Shown here piece after piece: positions 12,600 through 25,835 of a stretch of 64,000 bases of DNA. The notes under the pieces were generated by a model. That model was not told where the DNA came from. It saw nothing but the letters and a program-made list of their open reading frames with translations, and ran no database searches. Both the position numbers and the translations under genes were made by a program. The number at the start of each line of letters is the position of its first letter. The first letter of the stretch is position 1. The DNA comes from Octopus bimaculoides (taxonomy: Eukaryota): NCBI RefSeq assembly GCF_001194135.2, contig NC_068982.1, positions 95,291,917 to 95,355,916 on the forward strand. The letters run 5' to 3'.

Positions 12600-13990
12600 G
12601 TGACTAAATAAATTTAATACAGATACATACATGAGCCTCGATATTTAATTATACGAAATGAGTTCTGTTTGATAAATGCTGAATTTGTTAAGAGTGACTT
12701 CATAGATAAATTAAGTACAAACTATATTTTATTCATTACTATGTATCCACCCTATGTTATAAATTCATTTAATCACGAATCGTTTGGTGACTTATGAGAA
12801 ACTTATGAATGTTTATTGCTTACCAGACTAAAATTGTCAGTATTTTAAGTATTATGGATGTGTTAAAAAAAAACTGCGACTACAGTTATGTAATGGCAGA
12901 GATATATATAGTCTGAGCGAGCAAGCGATATACATTTGGAAGAAACCTGTAGCAGCATTAGGGGCACATTATCAAGCACATTTCTTTAAGTGTGAATGTA
13001 GTTTCACTACAATAAAATGTATTATTCTGTTTGATACAATAAATAACACTAATCAAGTATTAACCAAAAGGGAATAATCTATTTCGTGGATTGATCAACA
13101 TGGAAGAGTTTGAAAACAAATTGACCAATAACACTATCTTAACTTTGAAAGCAACCAGATAAACATCATGTACTGCTTACTGTCGACAAGTTCTTGATAA
13201 TTATTCAATTCAGTTCGAATATTAGATTTTCGGAGATCATATAATTAGATGCCAAGCTCAAACTGAAACGTTTGACTTCATTTTTGGACGAAATGCTGAT
13301 CAGGTCTCGTATTCGCTGACAATTTACCAAAGTCTATGTAAAAAGTGAAAATAATGTCAACAAATGGAGAGAATGTTGCTAAAATTTCTAAACCGTCTTT
13401 AAAAGATATGAAAAAGGAAAATCCATTTCATAACTTTCATTAAGGATATTTTGTACAAAACAGGGACATGCTGTTTCGTCTCAGAACCTGTGTTATTACG
13501 AAAGCAAAAAAACTCTAGAAACATTGAATGGTACATTTTCCGTAGAGAACTACAGATCCATGCAGTCAAAGATAATATCTTTTATCAACAAACGCTTTGA
13601 TGAAGCGCGTTGCAATACATACTCAAGGTTAGAGGCATTAATCCTAAAGGTAATCTATAATGAGAACATTGCAACAGTAAAACAGAAAAATATGGAGATG
13701 ACATAACTCATCTTTCTCCGTTTGATGTTTGCATAAGAAAGAGATCTGATATAGTCTTAAGTGTAGGTCATCTGAAAAAGAAAACAGCCGATGGCAAGCG
13801 CTTGATACCACAGATCAGATATATAAAATTTGTTAACTTTTAATGATAATTACAGCAACATCCGTTGCGAGAATCGATTAAATATATGTATTCGGTCAAG
13901 AACGAAACAAAGAATATCACAAAGAACAGATAAAATTATTCTGAAAGCAGTTGCAGAATTTGCTTCCTAAATGAGAATGGGCACATGAGT
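12600..13990 (+). mobile_element. Degenerate hAT transposase relic (ZMYM1-like group)
   Basis: ALGAHYQAHF resembles the ALYTHC..H.LNL motif. KIISFINKRFDEARCNTYSRLEALILK resembles ..I..RF.....y..LE.Lll. AT..AR and VAEFAS remnants suggest the hAT dimerisation end. Many stops. Confidence 0.55.
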
Positions 13991-14224
13991 CAATATTCTT
14001 TTGATTGGTTTGATGGTAAATTAACTTGAATAATAAGTTTGTAATTTCGATTATTTCTCCCCTTTAGGATACCGTTGTATTCTTGATATTTAATTATACA
14101 TCTCTACAAAGTTTAATCAATACCTTCAGAACTTACGAAGCATGAAATTATGGCCGCAGAGAAGTTACGTATATTTTTATGCTTGTGAATATGATTCATG
14201 TTTAAATAATTTTACTATAAAGGT

Positions 14225-14430
14225 ACAAGGCCTGAAATTTGACAGGGGTGAGCAGAGGCTCATCATTTACATAGACCCAGTGCTCAACAGGTATTTATTT
14301 TGTAGATCCTAAAATGATGAACGGCAAAGTCGACCTCTGCTGAAAGCTGCATTTCTCAGAACGTAAAACTGCAAGTAATGCCGCGAAGCATTTTGTTCGG
14401 CGTGTTAACAATTCTACTAGTTCACCGCCT
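14225..14430 (-). mobile_element. tRNA-derived SINE (GGCGAGCTGGCAGAA-head family)
   Basis: GGCAAAGTCGACCTC...CTCAGAACGT...GCGTGTTAACAATTCTACTAGTTCACCGCCTT, collinear with the 37672-37905 copy. Confidence 0.8.
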
Positions 14431-15069
14431 TCCTATGTTTTAATAACATTTGATTTTTAAACACGAAAATTTAAGCATGAATGTTATCAAATGTTTCTAC
14501 CATTCTCATTGAATGCAGACGTTAATTTTATTAGTTCCCCTTTTCCATAAAAGCAGCTCTGCGGTTTCTGGCAAAATGAACATTTATCCAATTACACGAA
14601 AGTGATTGTACAACAATGCCAAGTATCTACAAACTTTGCAAGTAATATTTAATTTTATTATTCTGTTTCGAAGTATTTTGTTCGCAGCAAAATTTCTTCA
14701 GTTGTACTAATTTACTGAGTAGTTTAAAACTATTTTTATTTTGTAATTCAACTGATTAAAAAGAAATAATACAACATTGGAAACAGGAAGTCCAGTTCAA
14801 CATGTGCAAATGAAGGTGAAGGCCATAATAAAGACAGGAGAGGGAAAATAGTGTCCAGCTTGAGCGAAAGATTGTAGAAAGCAGGTTTACACCAAGGTAG
14901 GAACAAGAAGGAATTTGCGATTTGCTAATGGTTACTGAATGGTTAATGTGTGCTTTTAAGTGAACATCATATTCTCCTTACTTCGACAAGGGAATATTTA
15001 CAGTACTGAGTGTTAAATTTAATCTTGAGATGAGCACCTCTTGTTTCTTAACAACAGAAGAAAAAAAAC

Positions 15070-15310
15070 AGGCATTTCGTCGGTTACGACGATATGTGTT
15101 CCAGTTGATCTTATCTATGGAAATTACCGATCGTGAAATTAATGTGAAAGTGGCTGAACACTCCACAGACACACACACCATTAACAAACTTCTCAGCGAG
15201 ATCCTGCCACGTGAATGAAAATACAGTGTCTTGTTCAAGGTAACAACACACCATAAGGTCGAACTCACGATCTCACGATATAGAGCCGAATACCCTGAGT
15301 CATTCGCCTT
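15070..15310 (-). mobile_element. tRNA-derived SINE with a CORE-like middle and tail X
   Basis: Tail (CGTCGGTTACGACG...TTCCAGTTGATC...CGTGAAATTAATGTGAAAGTGGCTGA) is the reverse complement of 26124-26217. The head contains GAGTTCGACC and CTTGAACAAGACAC. Confidence 0.7.
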
Positions 15311-15316
15311 CACTTT

Positions 15317-16450
15317 CTTACCAATAGTAACACAAGAAAAGATTTTTTTTTTAAGTGAGTAACACGGTACTGACCATTGATTTCCAGTTACATGTATCAA
15401 AGTCAACATCCCGTGGTGTCTCTTTTTTATGTATGATAAATATCCATATTCACCAATTGATACTTCTTTAATGAAATTCTTAGGATGTTTTGTACACATT
15501 TCGTCTTTCATGCAAAATACAGTGGGATTGAAATAATCAGATGAACTACAAAATATTTTGTCTTTGCGGGATTTGCAATTTCTGTTGATTTATTAAAATC
15601 AATCGCATTAAAATTAATTTTGTGCAAAAGCCAGATTTAACAATGTACGTGAGTCAGATCAGTTTTTGCCTTCGGTTGTATACAGGTGGTAACGTATTGG
15701 TTGAAATATCTTTGGCTTATAAATAAGCTCCGTCAATTTGAAAACCTCGAAATGTTAAACCTTTGCAACTAGATCATGCCTGTGAGTGTTTAACGCCTTA
15801 GTTCTGTTTTGATTGATTTCATTCCATTTAGTATTGCAAGTAAAATATCAGGATGTTCATATTTACTAACAGAAGTCAGAGTAGTTTGTGTTCCTTTATA
15901 TCACAGGTCACGTGTAAAGTTGGATGGGAGTTGTATGAGATCTTTTCTAGTGTTAACCCATCCTTTTAAATGTATATAGGTTTTTGAACACAGTCGTTTT
16001 TGAAGCATTTTGATGTAGCACATCCTCTCTGAGTATTGGTGTCATATAAATCTGCAAATTCGATGGGAAAAGAATTTGGAAGTGATGGAGATGCTCAAAG
16101 GAATTGCTTCGAATCGTCGATCGATAGACCTATTAATTCAAAGAGAATACAGTCGTTTGGAAGTGATCTCAGCATCTTGAAATTATCCTAGCCTCTTGTG
16201 ATGTAATACATTGGCAGCCATGATCTCTATCGTAAACACATTATATTGTAAAGCATTGTATACGAATTTTAGACTACTGTAATCGAACTTCAAAACAATA
16301 TCCTACTTGCCATGATTTTATCTAACCATAATAAATGCCACTTCGTGTTCTTATGTGGGTCCTTTATACACATAAGCATCAACTACAGCATAAAAATCGA
16401 GTTCAAATACATTCTAAGACATACCAAAAGCTCCTGACATAGGACCTATT
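15317..16450 (-). mobile_element. Degenerate Helitron Rep (rolling-circle initiator) relic
   Basis: Collinear minus-strand motifs: LIQLPSNFT (iLPssF.G), KYEHPDIL and CNTKWNEI (yG.PDlFiTfTCNpkW.EI), HRHDLVAKV (dRpDlv.RVF), then CMKDEMCTKHPKNFIKEVSIGEYGYLSY.KKR...GNQWSVPC (C.K.fPK.f...T....dGYp.YrRR...dNrWvVPY). Confidence 0.75.
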
Positions 16451-16954
16451 ATCAATGAACATTTTCTCACAGCTTCAAAAGTTATAACTTTGAGTTTCTA
16501 CAGTTTTTGTTGTGACATCATGATTATATTAGCGTGTGCGTGCGTGCGTGCGTGAGTGTGCGTGTGCGTCTATCAATCTACCTACGCAAACACACGCACT
16601 CACTCATTCACACGCCCACACTCTCACACACACACATACACACACACACACATACATACACGCGCGCGCGCGCGCGGCTAAAGAGAGCCAAATACCGCGA
16701 TCAAGTTACTCTTGTTTCACTTGTTCCAAATGATATATTATGAAAAATATAATTCTCATTTCCATCCTCAGAAGTTTTTTTTATTTCTAAGAAAGTGTTT
16801 TTTTAAGAAAGTATTTTTATTCTTAAAACATTCCAAGAGAAAATTGGTATATATATNNNNNNNNNNNNNNNNNNNNNNNNNNNNNNNNNNNNNNNNNNNN
16901 NNNNNNNNNNNNNNNNNNNNNNNNNNNNNNNNNNNNNNNNNNNNNNNNNNNNNN

Positions 16955-16999
<45 letters not shown>

Positions 17000-18238
17000 T
17001 CAGGTAACTCAACGCGTGCTTAATAATTCCTTGTCAAATTTTCTTGCATCACCAGTCCGGCGATACACTTTTTCTCTTTCATGATCATAATTAGCACAAT
17101 AATTAAACACAATACCCTGCTATTGTATTAGTTCATACATTTCCCACAGATTTTTAGATCTTGTTTTTGCCTTTCTTCCACTCTCTTATATTTTCTTTTT
17201 CCAATTATTCACTTTTTTTAATGAAATATTTCTTCATCACTTTTGTACTCTTTTTATTCTTAGATGTTTTTTTTCCCACCTGTTCTGAAATCTTATTTCT
17301 GCTCGCCCATCTTTATTATTTTCTGTGCAATCGCTCTCTCATGCTTTTTCATTTCTTTTTTGCCCTGATTATTTTTTTGTTTCTGCTATATTCTTCCAAC
17401 TATGTTCTTTCACTTTTTTAAATCTCATTATTTTCCTGTTTTCACTGTCTTGCAATGTTTCTTCGTCTCATACATTTCTCTCATGCTCCCGATTGTTTAT
17501 GTAAAAGAATACACAATAGTGATCTATTTATTGCTGGTAGGGACACTGCATTTCGTTTTACAACCATAATATCCTACCAAGTATATTAAAGGTTTATAAG
17601 TCAATATAGTGTCCTACATTTTTGCATCAACAGTGCCAGACAATGACTTTTAAGTTTATCTCTACAGAAGACTTTTTTTAGAATTTAAAGCCAGCAATGA
17701 CAGTTATGATGTTTCGTATTCAAATACGTTTACATAAACAACGCGTTCGAAGATAGAAAAATAAGTCATTGGTGTACGTCCATATTTCAGGGGTTATTGC
17801 TCCTTCTTTCGTACACATTCAGCCTATTAATCATCCACAAATACATTGATTAAATACCCACTAAGTTTAGTGGTAGTATACTATGGCTGCAAAAAAATAT
17901 ATTGTATCCCTACCGACAATCGGTGTGTACGTAGCAGTTGGCAGGAATGTGTTTAATGTGTAAATTGCTTTATGCAATAGTATTACGCAGTTAAATTTAC
18001 TGAATGTTTAAGCAGTGTCTTTATGGATAGCTGTTGAGATAGATGTGGTACTGATAAAGGAGCAATTACTCTTGAAATATACATATACACCTATTACCTA
18101 TTTCCTGTCTTCGATCGCGTTGTAACTTCCTGTGCTGGATCTAAATTCCATAGAAAATCTGCAGAGATAACCTTAAAAGTGACAATAGCAACCATAAAAG
18201 TGTGTAAAATATACACGTTTGCGTGTGTTAGCTTACGC

Positions 18239-18289
<51 letters not shown>

Positions 18290-18336
18290 NNNNNNNNNNN
18301 NNNNNNNNNNNNNNNNNNNNNNNNNNNNNNNNNNNN

Positions 18337-18382
<46 letters not shown>

Positions 18383-18421
18383 GGGGGGAGACAGACAGAC
18401 AAACAGACAGACGGACAGACG

Positions 18422-18460
<39 letters not shown>

Positions 18461-18761
18461 GGGCAGACAGACAGAGACAGAGAGAGAAATTTACAATTAA
18501 AATTCTATGGGCAGCCGAGGAATACAGCTACACCACTTCTGATTCTATAATGTGGGAATCAAGTTTATCCCGCTATTTTTCTGTTTGTTTTAGAGAACAA
18601 CAGGTTGTTTACACATTATCGTCACATCTAAAGCTAAGCTTTCAATTAAATAAGTGTAGTGATCTATATTATTCATGTTTCGGGTATTGTGAACGACGAT
18701 GTATTCTATTCTAATTTGCACTACACACGCAGATGCACACACGCATGCACTCACACAGACA

Positions 18762-18848
<87 letters not shown>

Positions 18849-18871
18849 GTATACCACACACACATACATAA

Positions 18872-18907
<36 letters not shown>

Positions 18908-19284
18908 ATGTATATATGTATGTAGGCATATATAATAATTATGTATGTATACACATAAGAAAAATATTGAAAAGAATATTATCACGATTCTTTTTTAAAA
19001 AACTGTCCTTCAGGAAACAAATGAATTGTTTGCCAATGTCCTTACAGCAGATTTCTCCTAATGCACTGTAAGCGCCTCAGCATTTATAGACTATTTTGTT
19101 ATTAAATTGTGATGCATATAGCTAATTCAAACATATGAATTAGCAACACAAGATTAAGTTGGTATGAATAAAGTTATATTTCATTTAAAACTATTATTGA
19201 ACATACTATATCTTTTTATTAAACGTATTTGATTCTTAAAGTGGTTTAAAAAGGGAGGAGTTTCAGGAGTTAAAATATAGCTAC

Positions 19285-19715
19285 ATCCATCTAGTTTCTC
19301 CGCCCAATATTCCTGAGTGTCGTGAGAATAGAATCTTCAAACTACTCTTCCATAGGGTCCTATCAGAAGCGACCGTCCTTACCCATTTCCATTGGATTAC
19401 GAAACATGACCAACTGAGACTATGGGTATTTTCCAACCATCTCGGTCTCGGTATACCCCTAGCTCTTTCACCCTTTGGCTTGATTTGAAGAATCTGTTTT
19501 GTGATGCTTTCGTACAACAGTCTAACCACATGTCCGTTGTACCGGAGCTGTATAACCTCTCAATGCGGAGAATTAGCTGTCCGAGCTGCTCACCCTATCG
19601 AATAATGTTCCTCCAAACATCCTTGAAACGGATCTTCGAAGAAACCCCTTTTCTTCCGCTTGTAATCGCAGCTGCGCTTTTTCGGTCGTTGCCCAGCATT
19701 CATGACAATACCTGA
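19285..19715 (-). mobile_element. RTE-clade LINE 3' fragment
   Basis: QLRYNGHVVRLLYESITKQILQIKPKGERARGIPRPRWLEN...VASDRTLWKS, matching the RW.GHV.R...GRPR.RW...A.DR..W motif. Confidence 0.85.
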
Positions 19716-19944
19716 GGACAGGCAAGGAAACCGAATTGAAGATAGTAAGTAAAGTATCTACAAAAGTAAAGACATTCTTTTAACGTGCAGAAACCAAAGT
19801 ACTTAGAGGAAACGTATATATCCGAATACTGAAACTGTGATACAAGCAAAGACAAAGAAATGATGTAAATAAAATTGCGATGATCCCCATCTTATTAGAT
19901 ATTAGAGCTGTGCCCTTCATAGTTTTATCAATTTTGAATCTTGT

Positions 19945-20115
19945 CAAAGGCGGTGAGCTGGCAGAAACATTAGCACGATGGGCGAATTACGTTCTGAGTT
20001 CAAATTCGACCGAGTCAAATATGCCTTTCATCATTTCGTACTGGGGTCAAATCTAATCGGCTAGTTCCCTCCCCAAAATATTTCGGGCCCTGTACCTACA
20101 GTAGAAAAGAATTTT
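19945..20115 (+). mobile_element. tRNA-derived SINE with internal deletions
   Basis: AAGGCGGTGAGCTGGCAGAAACATTAGCACG...TTCTGAGTTCAAATTC (A and B boxes) and a GGGCCCTGTACCTACAGTAGAAAAG tail. Confidence 0.8.
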
Positions 20116-21006
20116 GAGTCATATGAACACCCCAGGCTTTACGATAGAGTCATTAGATATTGAGTGGGATTCGAAAATTATAACTTCTTAATTAGTCAAT
20201 AGTAAAGTAATATCCTTCAATATGCTGCTCAAAAGCTGTTAACGTTTGCATTGGAAATTTCTTGAATAATATGACAAATTTCGATGTTCTAGAAACTTAA
20301 GTCTCGTTCACCAAATACACATTTGTTAAGACAAGTGGAATTCTGGAGATAAGTGCATCCTCCATTTTGTTGCATCCGATGATAATAGTATTGGTGATGG
20401 AATTTAGAATAAATTTTAAATCAACAGTTCTCTGCTATTGCATAACTGCGAGTAGTCTCCATTACGCGGCAGCATTATTAGGAACCCTATGTGTATTTTT
20501 AGCTGAAGTCTGTGTAACGTAGATATAAAGGTTCCAAAGAATTTTTAAATTCTACAGAATGGTGAACTTTCTGAAGACTATTTCCTGGAGGCACTTGCAA
20601 TAGCTGCCAATCGATGCTGTAGATGCAAGCAATCTCCTTCTTTTATATTTTTATATATTTTTTTAATTTTTTGCCTACAGCCATTTATGAATTACTTAAT
20701 GTTGTTACAGTTTAAAGAACAACGCGTTTATGAGAGTCAGAAGGCAATCATCCCTCTAAACGTTACAGTAATTTATGAGCAAAAGATGAAATAGACATGT
20801 TTGTAGATTGTTTGAAAATTTCAGTGATGGCGATTTAATGATGCTCGTGTTTCACTGGCTTTTGTTATTTTCGGAATAACTGGTCGGGGCTGACAGTAGT
20901 CATTTCACAAAACTGCCGCTGCTTTTCCCATTTGAGATCTATTGCCGTGTAAATCCTATCCAGTTCCGCCAGAGCTCTCTTGTAAGCAACTACGTATTCA
21001 TTCTAC

Positions 21007-21155
21007 TTATTTGTCATCGCTTAAGGATTTGTTTCGTTCCAGAATCTTTGCAATCATTGAAACAGGTGTATCATTTGCGGCCAAGTTCAAGAGATCTTCA
21101 AGTTTGAGATTAGAATATGATGTGCAGAAACCAGGGAGGTGTGTGGCAGCAAAAC
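21007..21155 (-). CDS. Putative terminal coding exon of an unidentified gene: (G)FAATHLPGFCTSYSNLKLEDLLNLAANDTPVSMIAKILERNKSLSDDK*
   Basis: Acceptor TTATTTTCCTTTTTAG precedes 21155. The phase-1 frame is open for 48 codons to TAA while the other two frames close early. The sequence is complex and non-repetitive. No homology recognised. Confidence 0.35.
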
Positions 21156-22679
21156 CTAAAAAGGAAAATAACTTCAATAGTTATGCCCTTATGTTGACTG
21201 ACTACGTATATCACTTTAGTTCTATCATCAACACCAGAGACGCAAAATCATACTTCTTGTAATCGTATCCTATCGAAAATTTGGGATAGGCTACCCTATT
21301 TCTCGCACTAACTTCGGGTTCATAGTCATTGATATATGCTATTAATGTACCCATATTACATGATACTTCTTTTCATATCTCTGTTCGTAGGTTATTGAAC
21401 TCAGTGTTGTTAAGTAAATGGAGGACATATTTTTAAAGTTAATAGGCTTTTATGTTCTTTTTTTTCGTTTGTCGATGAGGGCTGATTTACGTATGTTATA
21501 TGTAATACGTCCCCATACAGGGCTACATCTGTTGAGTGTAATACTAGAAATGCACGGTTAGGTAATGATGATTTTTGAGCCAAAGGTAAGGTGTACTGAA
21601 TAGTTAACAGTGTCAATACAGCATAATGAATGCTTCTGACCATGTTGCATTCTCGTGGACATTACCCTCCAGCAATCTAAGCATAAAGTATCACTTTTAC
21701 TCTCTTTCTGTTTATATCTTTCTCTTTGTTTCTCTTTCTTTCTCTTTCTTTTTCTTTTTTGCTATCTTTCTCACTATCTCTCTCTTTCTCTTACTTTTTC
21801 CTCTTTCTTTCTCATTCTCTCCCTTTCTCCCTTTCTCTCTTTTTCGTTCTCTCCGACTCTTCCTCTTTCTCTGTCGTTCTCACTATGTAGGAAATGCAGA
21901 CTTTGCAATTAACTTGAAGTTCAGATATTATAGAAAAAAAAAACTACTGTTCTGTACATTACAGTGTCTTCCAATGACATTGTCAGACTTATAAGCCTTG
22001 GCTTAGGCTCTTAATGCCTGATGGAGTCGAAGAGACGGCGTCATGCCGTGTCCTTGGTATTTTCAGATATTATTGAGGCCATCTCTTTCCACAACTATGT
22101 AATGCCAATTTCTTACACAAAAGAAAGAAAGAAAGAAAGAAAGCGGGTGAAAGAGAGAGAAATCAGACAGACGGAAAGAGAAGTATCGACTCCGAAATAA
22201 TGAAAAAAGAGAAAGTTGACAACCACATGCGTAGACACATACGCAAATACATACATATATACACAGATACATACAGAGATATATACAACTAAACTCATGC
22301 ATACATACAAATGTACACACATGATTGGCCTAGGCCGTTGCTAAATTAATAGCACTATGAGAAGTAATATTTTAAGTTTCGTTTTTAGGACATCATAGCC
22401 CACTTAAGTAGGGAGCTGTTGTCTGATGACGTATATCCATGTGTCGATGGTTTGTCTAATATTTCTTACAGAAATTTGTCCAGATAGCGGTTGAAGATTG
22501 TGAGCTTCATGTCTTCTTAAATGAGGTGGGATCTGATAATGTAAAAATAATGTTTGTTACAATGTTGACATGTGATATAAGCCCGAGTTTTGTGTAGAAC
22601 CTATGAACGTGGGACAAGCCTTAAGTGACTTGTGAAATTGACCTAACATCGTTTGGATAATATTGACGTTTATCTATTA

Positions 22680-22800
22680 TCTTTTACTTCTTTCAGTCAT
22701 TTGACTGCAGCTATGCTGGGGCACCGCCTCGAAGGCCTATAGTCGCACAAATCGAACACAGGACGTTTTTTTGAAGCCCAGTAACATACATATTTCTAAA
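22680..22800 (-). mobile_element. SINE 3' fragment
   Basis: CTTTTACTTCTTTCAGTCATTTGACTGCAGCTATGCTGGGGCACCGCC, shared with 34360 and 51945. Confidence 0.7.
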
Positions 22801-22977
22801 CTCTAGTAACAGTTAAGTTACGGGGATGTCAAGCTGTGACGGGTGACAAACCCTGACACAAAGACACACACAAATAGGTATTATATACATACAGATATAT
22901 ATACATACATACATACTTACATACGTACATACATTCATAATCCTAAGACGTTTGCATAACTCTAATTCATATGTATG

Positions 22978-23018
<41 letters not shown>

Positions 23019-23023
23019 AATGG

Positions 23024-24278
23024 ATTGGGTCATCCCATAAATAATGAGGTTTTTTTATACTTCTTTTATTTTTCGAAATTAAGACACAGTTCATTTTTAA
23101 TCTAAAATATACTTTCCTTCATTTTTTACATTGCACTTCCGTCTATATGGTAGACTTGCAAGGCCCGCTCTTCCAAAATCCACTTGTCCGTGACGAAAAA
23201 TACACCTCCAGTGGTGTTCTAGCCTCGTGTACAGAATTCGTATTTTTCCGTCCCAATGATTTTGAAGACTGCAGAATAAATGATAATCAAATAGGGCAAA
23301 GTCCGGCAAATATAATAGGTGGAGCATCGTTTCCCATTCAAACTGCTGCAGCATTTCTAAAGCCATCCTCTCTGGCAGAGCATTATCCTCATGGAAGAAC
23401 ACTTTTCATCTTGAAACCACAGATGGTCATTTTTTTTTCTAACGCTGACTTAAGCCGCTCAACTTGCTCGCAGTAGATCTCCTTTCGTATCGTTTCGTTT
23501 CGGTTTAAAAGTTCAAAGTGGTCTAAGCCTTTCATATCCCACCAAACAGATAGCAACACCATACGTGGGTGAAGACCTTCTTTAGCCTGGGGTACCAGTG
23601 TTTATCCTTTCCCTACCCACTGTCTTCAGCACTTGACATTTTTATAGAGAACCCATTTCTCGTTACCAGTCATTATTAGGTCTAAAAAAGGTTCATTCGT
23701 TAGACGTGACAGCAAAGAAGAGCACACATTCTCTCTCTCTCTCTGCGCAATTAGACTCGGAAGGTTTGTGAGGAACCCATTCACCCAATTTGCTGACTTT
23801 TCCGATGGCACGCAAGTATCGATGAATGCTTGAATGACCAAATTCAAGCTTCGCTGCTAGTTCTTCTAGGACGACCTCGTCGATCTCTTCTAGGACGTCC
23901 TCGTCGAGTTATGCAGATCTTCTAGGATGTAGTTTCCGACCTGGAATTTCTGGAACTACTGTTGACACTTGTTTACACTTATCGTCCAATCTCCATATGC
24001 TGCATTAATATTGCTCGCACTTTCCGTTGCGATGTTGCCTTTATTGAACTTATAAAGCTGAATATGCTGAATATGTTCCTATGTCACTTCCATTATAACT
24101 TTGAAAAAATAACTCTTAAAATCGAACTGCACTCTTCAAAACTTGCACTAAGAGTAAGTACAAGGTTGAATTACTATTTGCTTCTATAGCAAGTTGATGT
24201 AGGGAGTTTATCCCGTCCCGCTCCGACTTTTAGTTCATGCAATTGAAAAAACCGCATTATTTATAGGATGACCCAATA
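23024..24278 (-). mobile_element. Full-length but inactivated mariner (DD34D) transposon, about 1.25 kb
   Basis: TIRs ATTGGGTCATCCCATAAATAATGAGGTTTTT (23024) and the reverse complement of AAAAAACCGCATTATTTATAGGATGACCCAAT (ends about 24277, followed by ATA). Transposase starts at ATG 24093 (MEVT*EHIQHIQLYKFNKG...), then a WVPH remnant, MTGNEKW, FHEDNA and PDFALFDYHLF motifs. Stops and frameshifts are present. Confidence 0.92.
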
Positions 24279-24294
24279 TATTTCCCACGGTCTT

Positions 24295-24430
24295 CATTCA
24301 GTTTCCGCCTACCAAATCCACTCACAGGGCTTTGATCGGCCTGAAGCTGTGGTAGAAGACACCCACCCAAGAAGCCACGCAGTGGGGCTGAATCCAGAAC
24401 GATGTGGTTGGGTATCAAGCTTCTTACAAC
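24295..24430 (-). mobile_element. SINE 5' head fragment (CORE-like family)
   Basis: TTTCAGTTTCCGCCTACCAAATCCACTCACAGGGCTTTG...GTAGAAGACAC...GCCACGCAGTGGGGCTGAATCC, similar to 34600-34740 and 62680-62790. Confidence 0.7.
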
Positions 24431-25835
24431 ACAAATAGTGTGGCGCTAGCGGTGATGTTGAAGAGAATAATATTTGTGTCTTTCGAGAGGATTACAATAG
24501 TCATGTACAGTCATACGTTTCCTTTCAGTTTCAGTTTCGTGAATGCTTGACCTGTTAGAAATAGAAACTTTTTCTTTGAATTTTCTATTATTTTTATTTT
24601 TCATTTTTGGGTGTTTCAATTCAATTCTTATAATGATATGTTATGCATAGGCAGGCCGTAGTGAGCAGTAACCAGCAATATTCAAGGAGAGACCTGGTGA
24701 TTGCAGAGAAAAGAAGAATGGTGTCATCAGGATCTGTGGACAGGAATATTGCAAAGTGATATGTACACTCTGCAGTCCATATGAACTTAATCGCTTGATT
24801 TGTACATATATAAAACTATATGTATATAGAAAATCGTAAAAAAAAAAAGTCTCAGTGACTGGAACTCATATGAAGGGAAATAACTAACAAATTCAAATTT
24901 AGAGTAATTTCCCCTGGTCCATATAAAATATTTGAATTTCATTAATTGAATGTTTGATAATGTAGGCGCCTGCTTGAATTTCCCAAGTGTCTATTAATGC
25001 ATAATAAGAAGCCATATAGAGTTTCACTACTTAATCTCTTTATGTTATTGTATAGAATTTTGTCGTTCTTGTTTTAGCCGTAAATCTTTTTTCTCTGGCA
25101 TTGGTGTCGAGAACAAAATTATTAATTGTGTCTGTCACTTTGCCAGCAGATGGAAATAATTCGAAAATTTGGCTACTATTTTTAATTAGTCTTATTGTTG
25201 TTGCTCTTTAACCCCAGGTCAAGTCTCTCCAACAGCTCTACATAGTAGAAAGTATACGAACCGTTACCATATCACACTTTAAGTGACAGCTGTAACCTTC
25301 CCATTTTAGAAAGTAGCAGAACGAGTGATCTGTGTCTCTGTCTACCTGTCTATCTGTCTACGTCATTAGTAATTAAAAATTTCAGCTCTTTTTTTTACAC
25401 GCTTTCTTTCTTCTCAGGCGAAAGATTAGTAGAGAAACATCAGATAACTCTTCTCCCGACGACTTACGAACAGAAGTTACTTTCAAATAACTAAGCTCAG
25501 CCACTTGCACGTTAATTTCACGAGCAGGCTGTTCCGTTGATCGGATCAACTGGAACCCTCGACGTCGTAAGCGACGGAGTGCCAACAACATGTTTTAGCA
25601 AGGTCCCTATTTAAAATGGGAAATATGCACAAAAGATGCGTAGTATAAATTCCCTTTACAAGTTCAGTTTGAGTATGATCTGTAGTCCCCAGAGCCTTTT
25701 TAGAACATTCCAAACTACAATATCTTGGGCACGGAAACAATTCGCTGAAGATATTCGTACACGAACCACAAACCTTACAGACGGTTGTGTTCTTATCTAA
25801 CGAACTGTTGAATAACCTCAGTATATGTTTTAGCA

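Noticed and set aside
14978-15511. 177-aa ORF as a gene
   Set aside because: A chimera of a Helitron Rep remnant and the strand of an adjacent SINE.
21410-21643. 77-aa minus ORF just upstream of the candidate terminal exon
   Set aside because: No in-frame acceptor/donor pair gives the phase-1 junction needed to join 21155.
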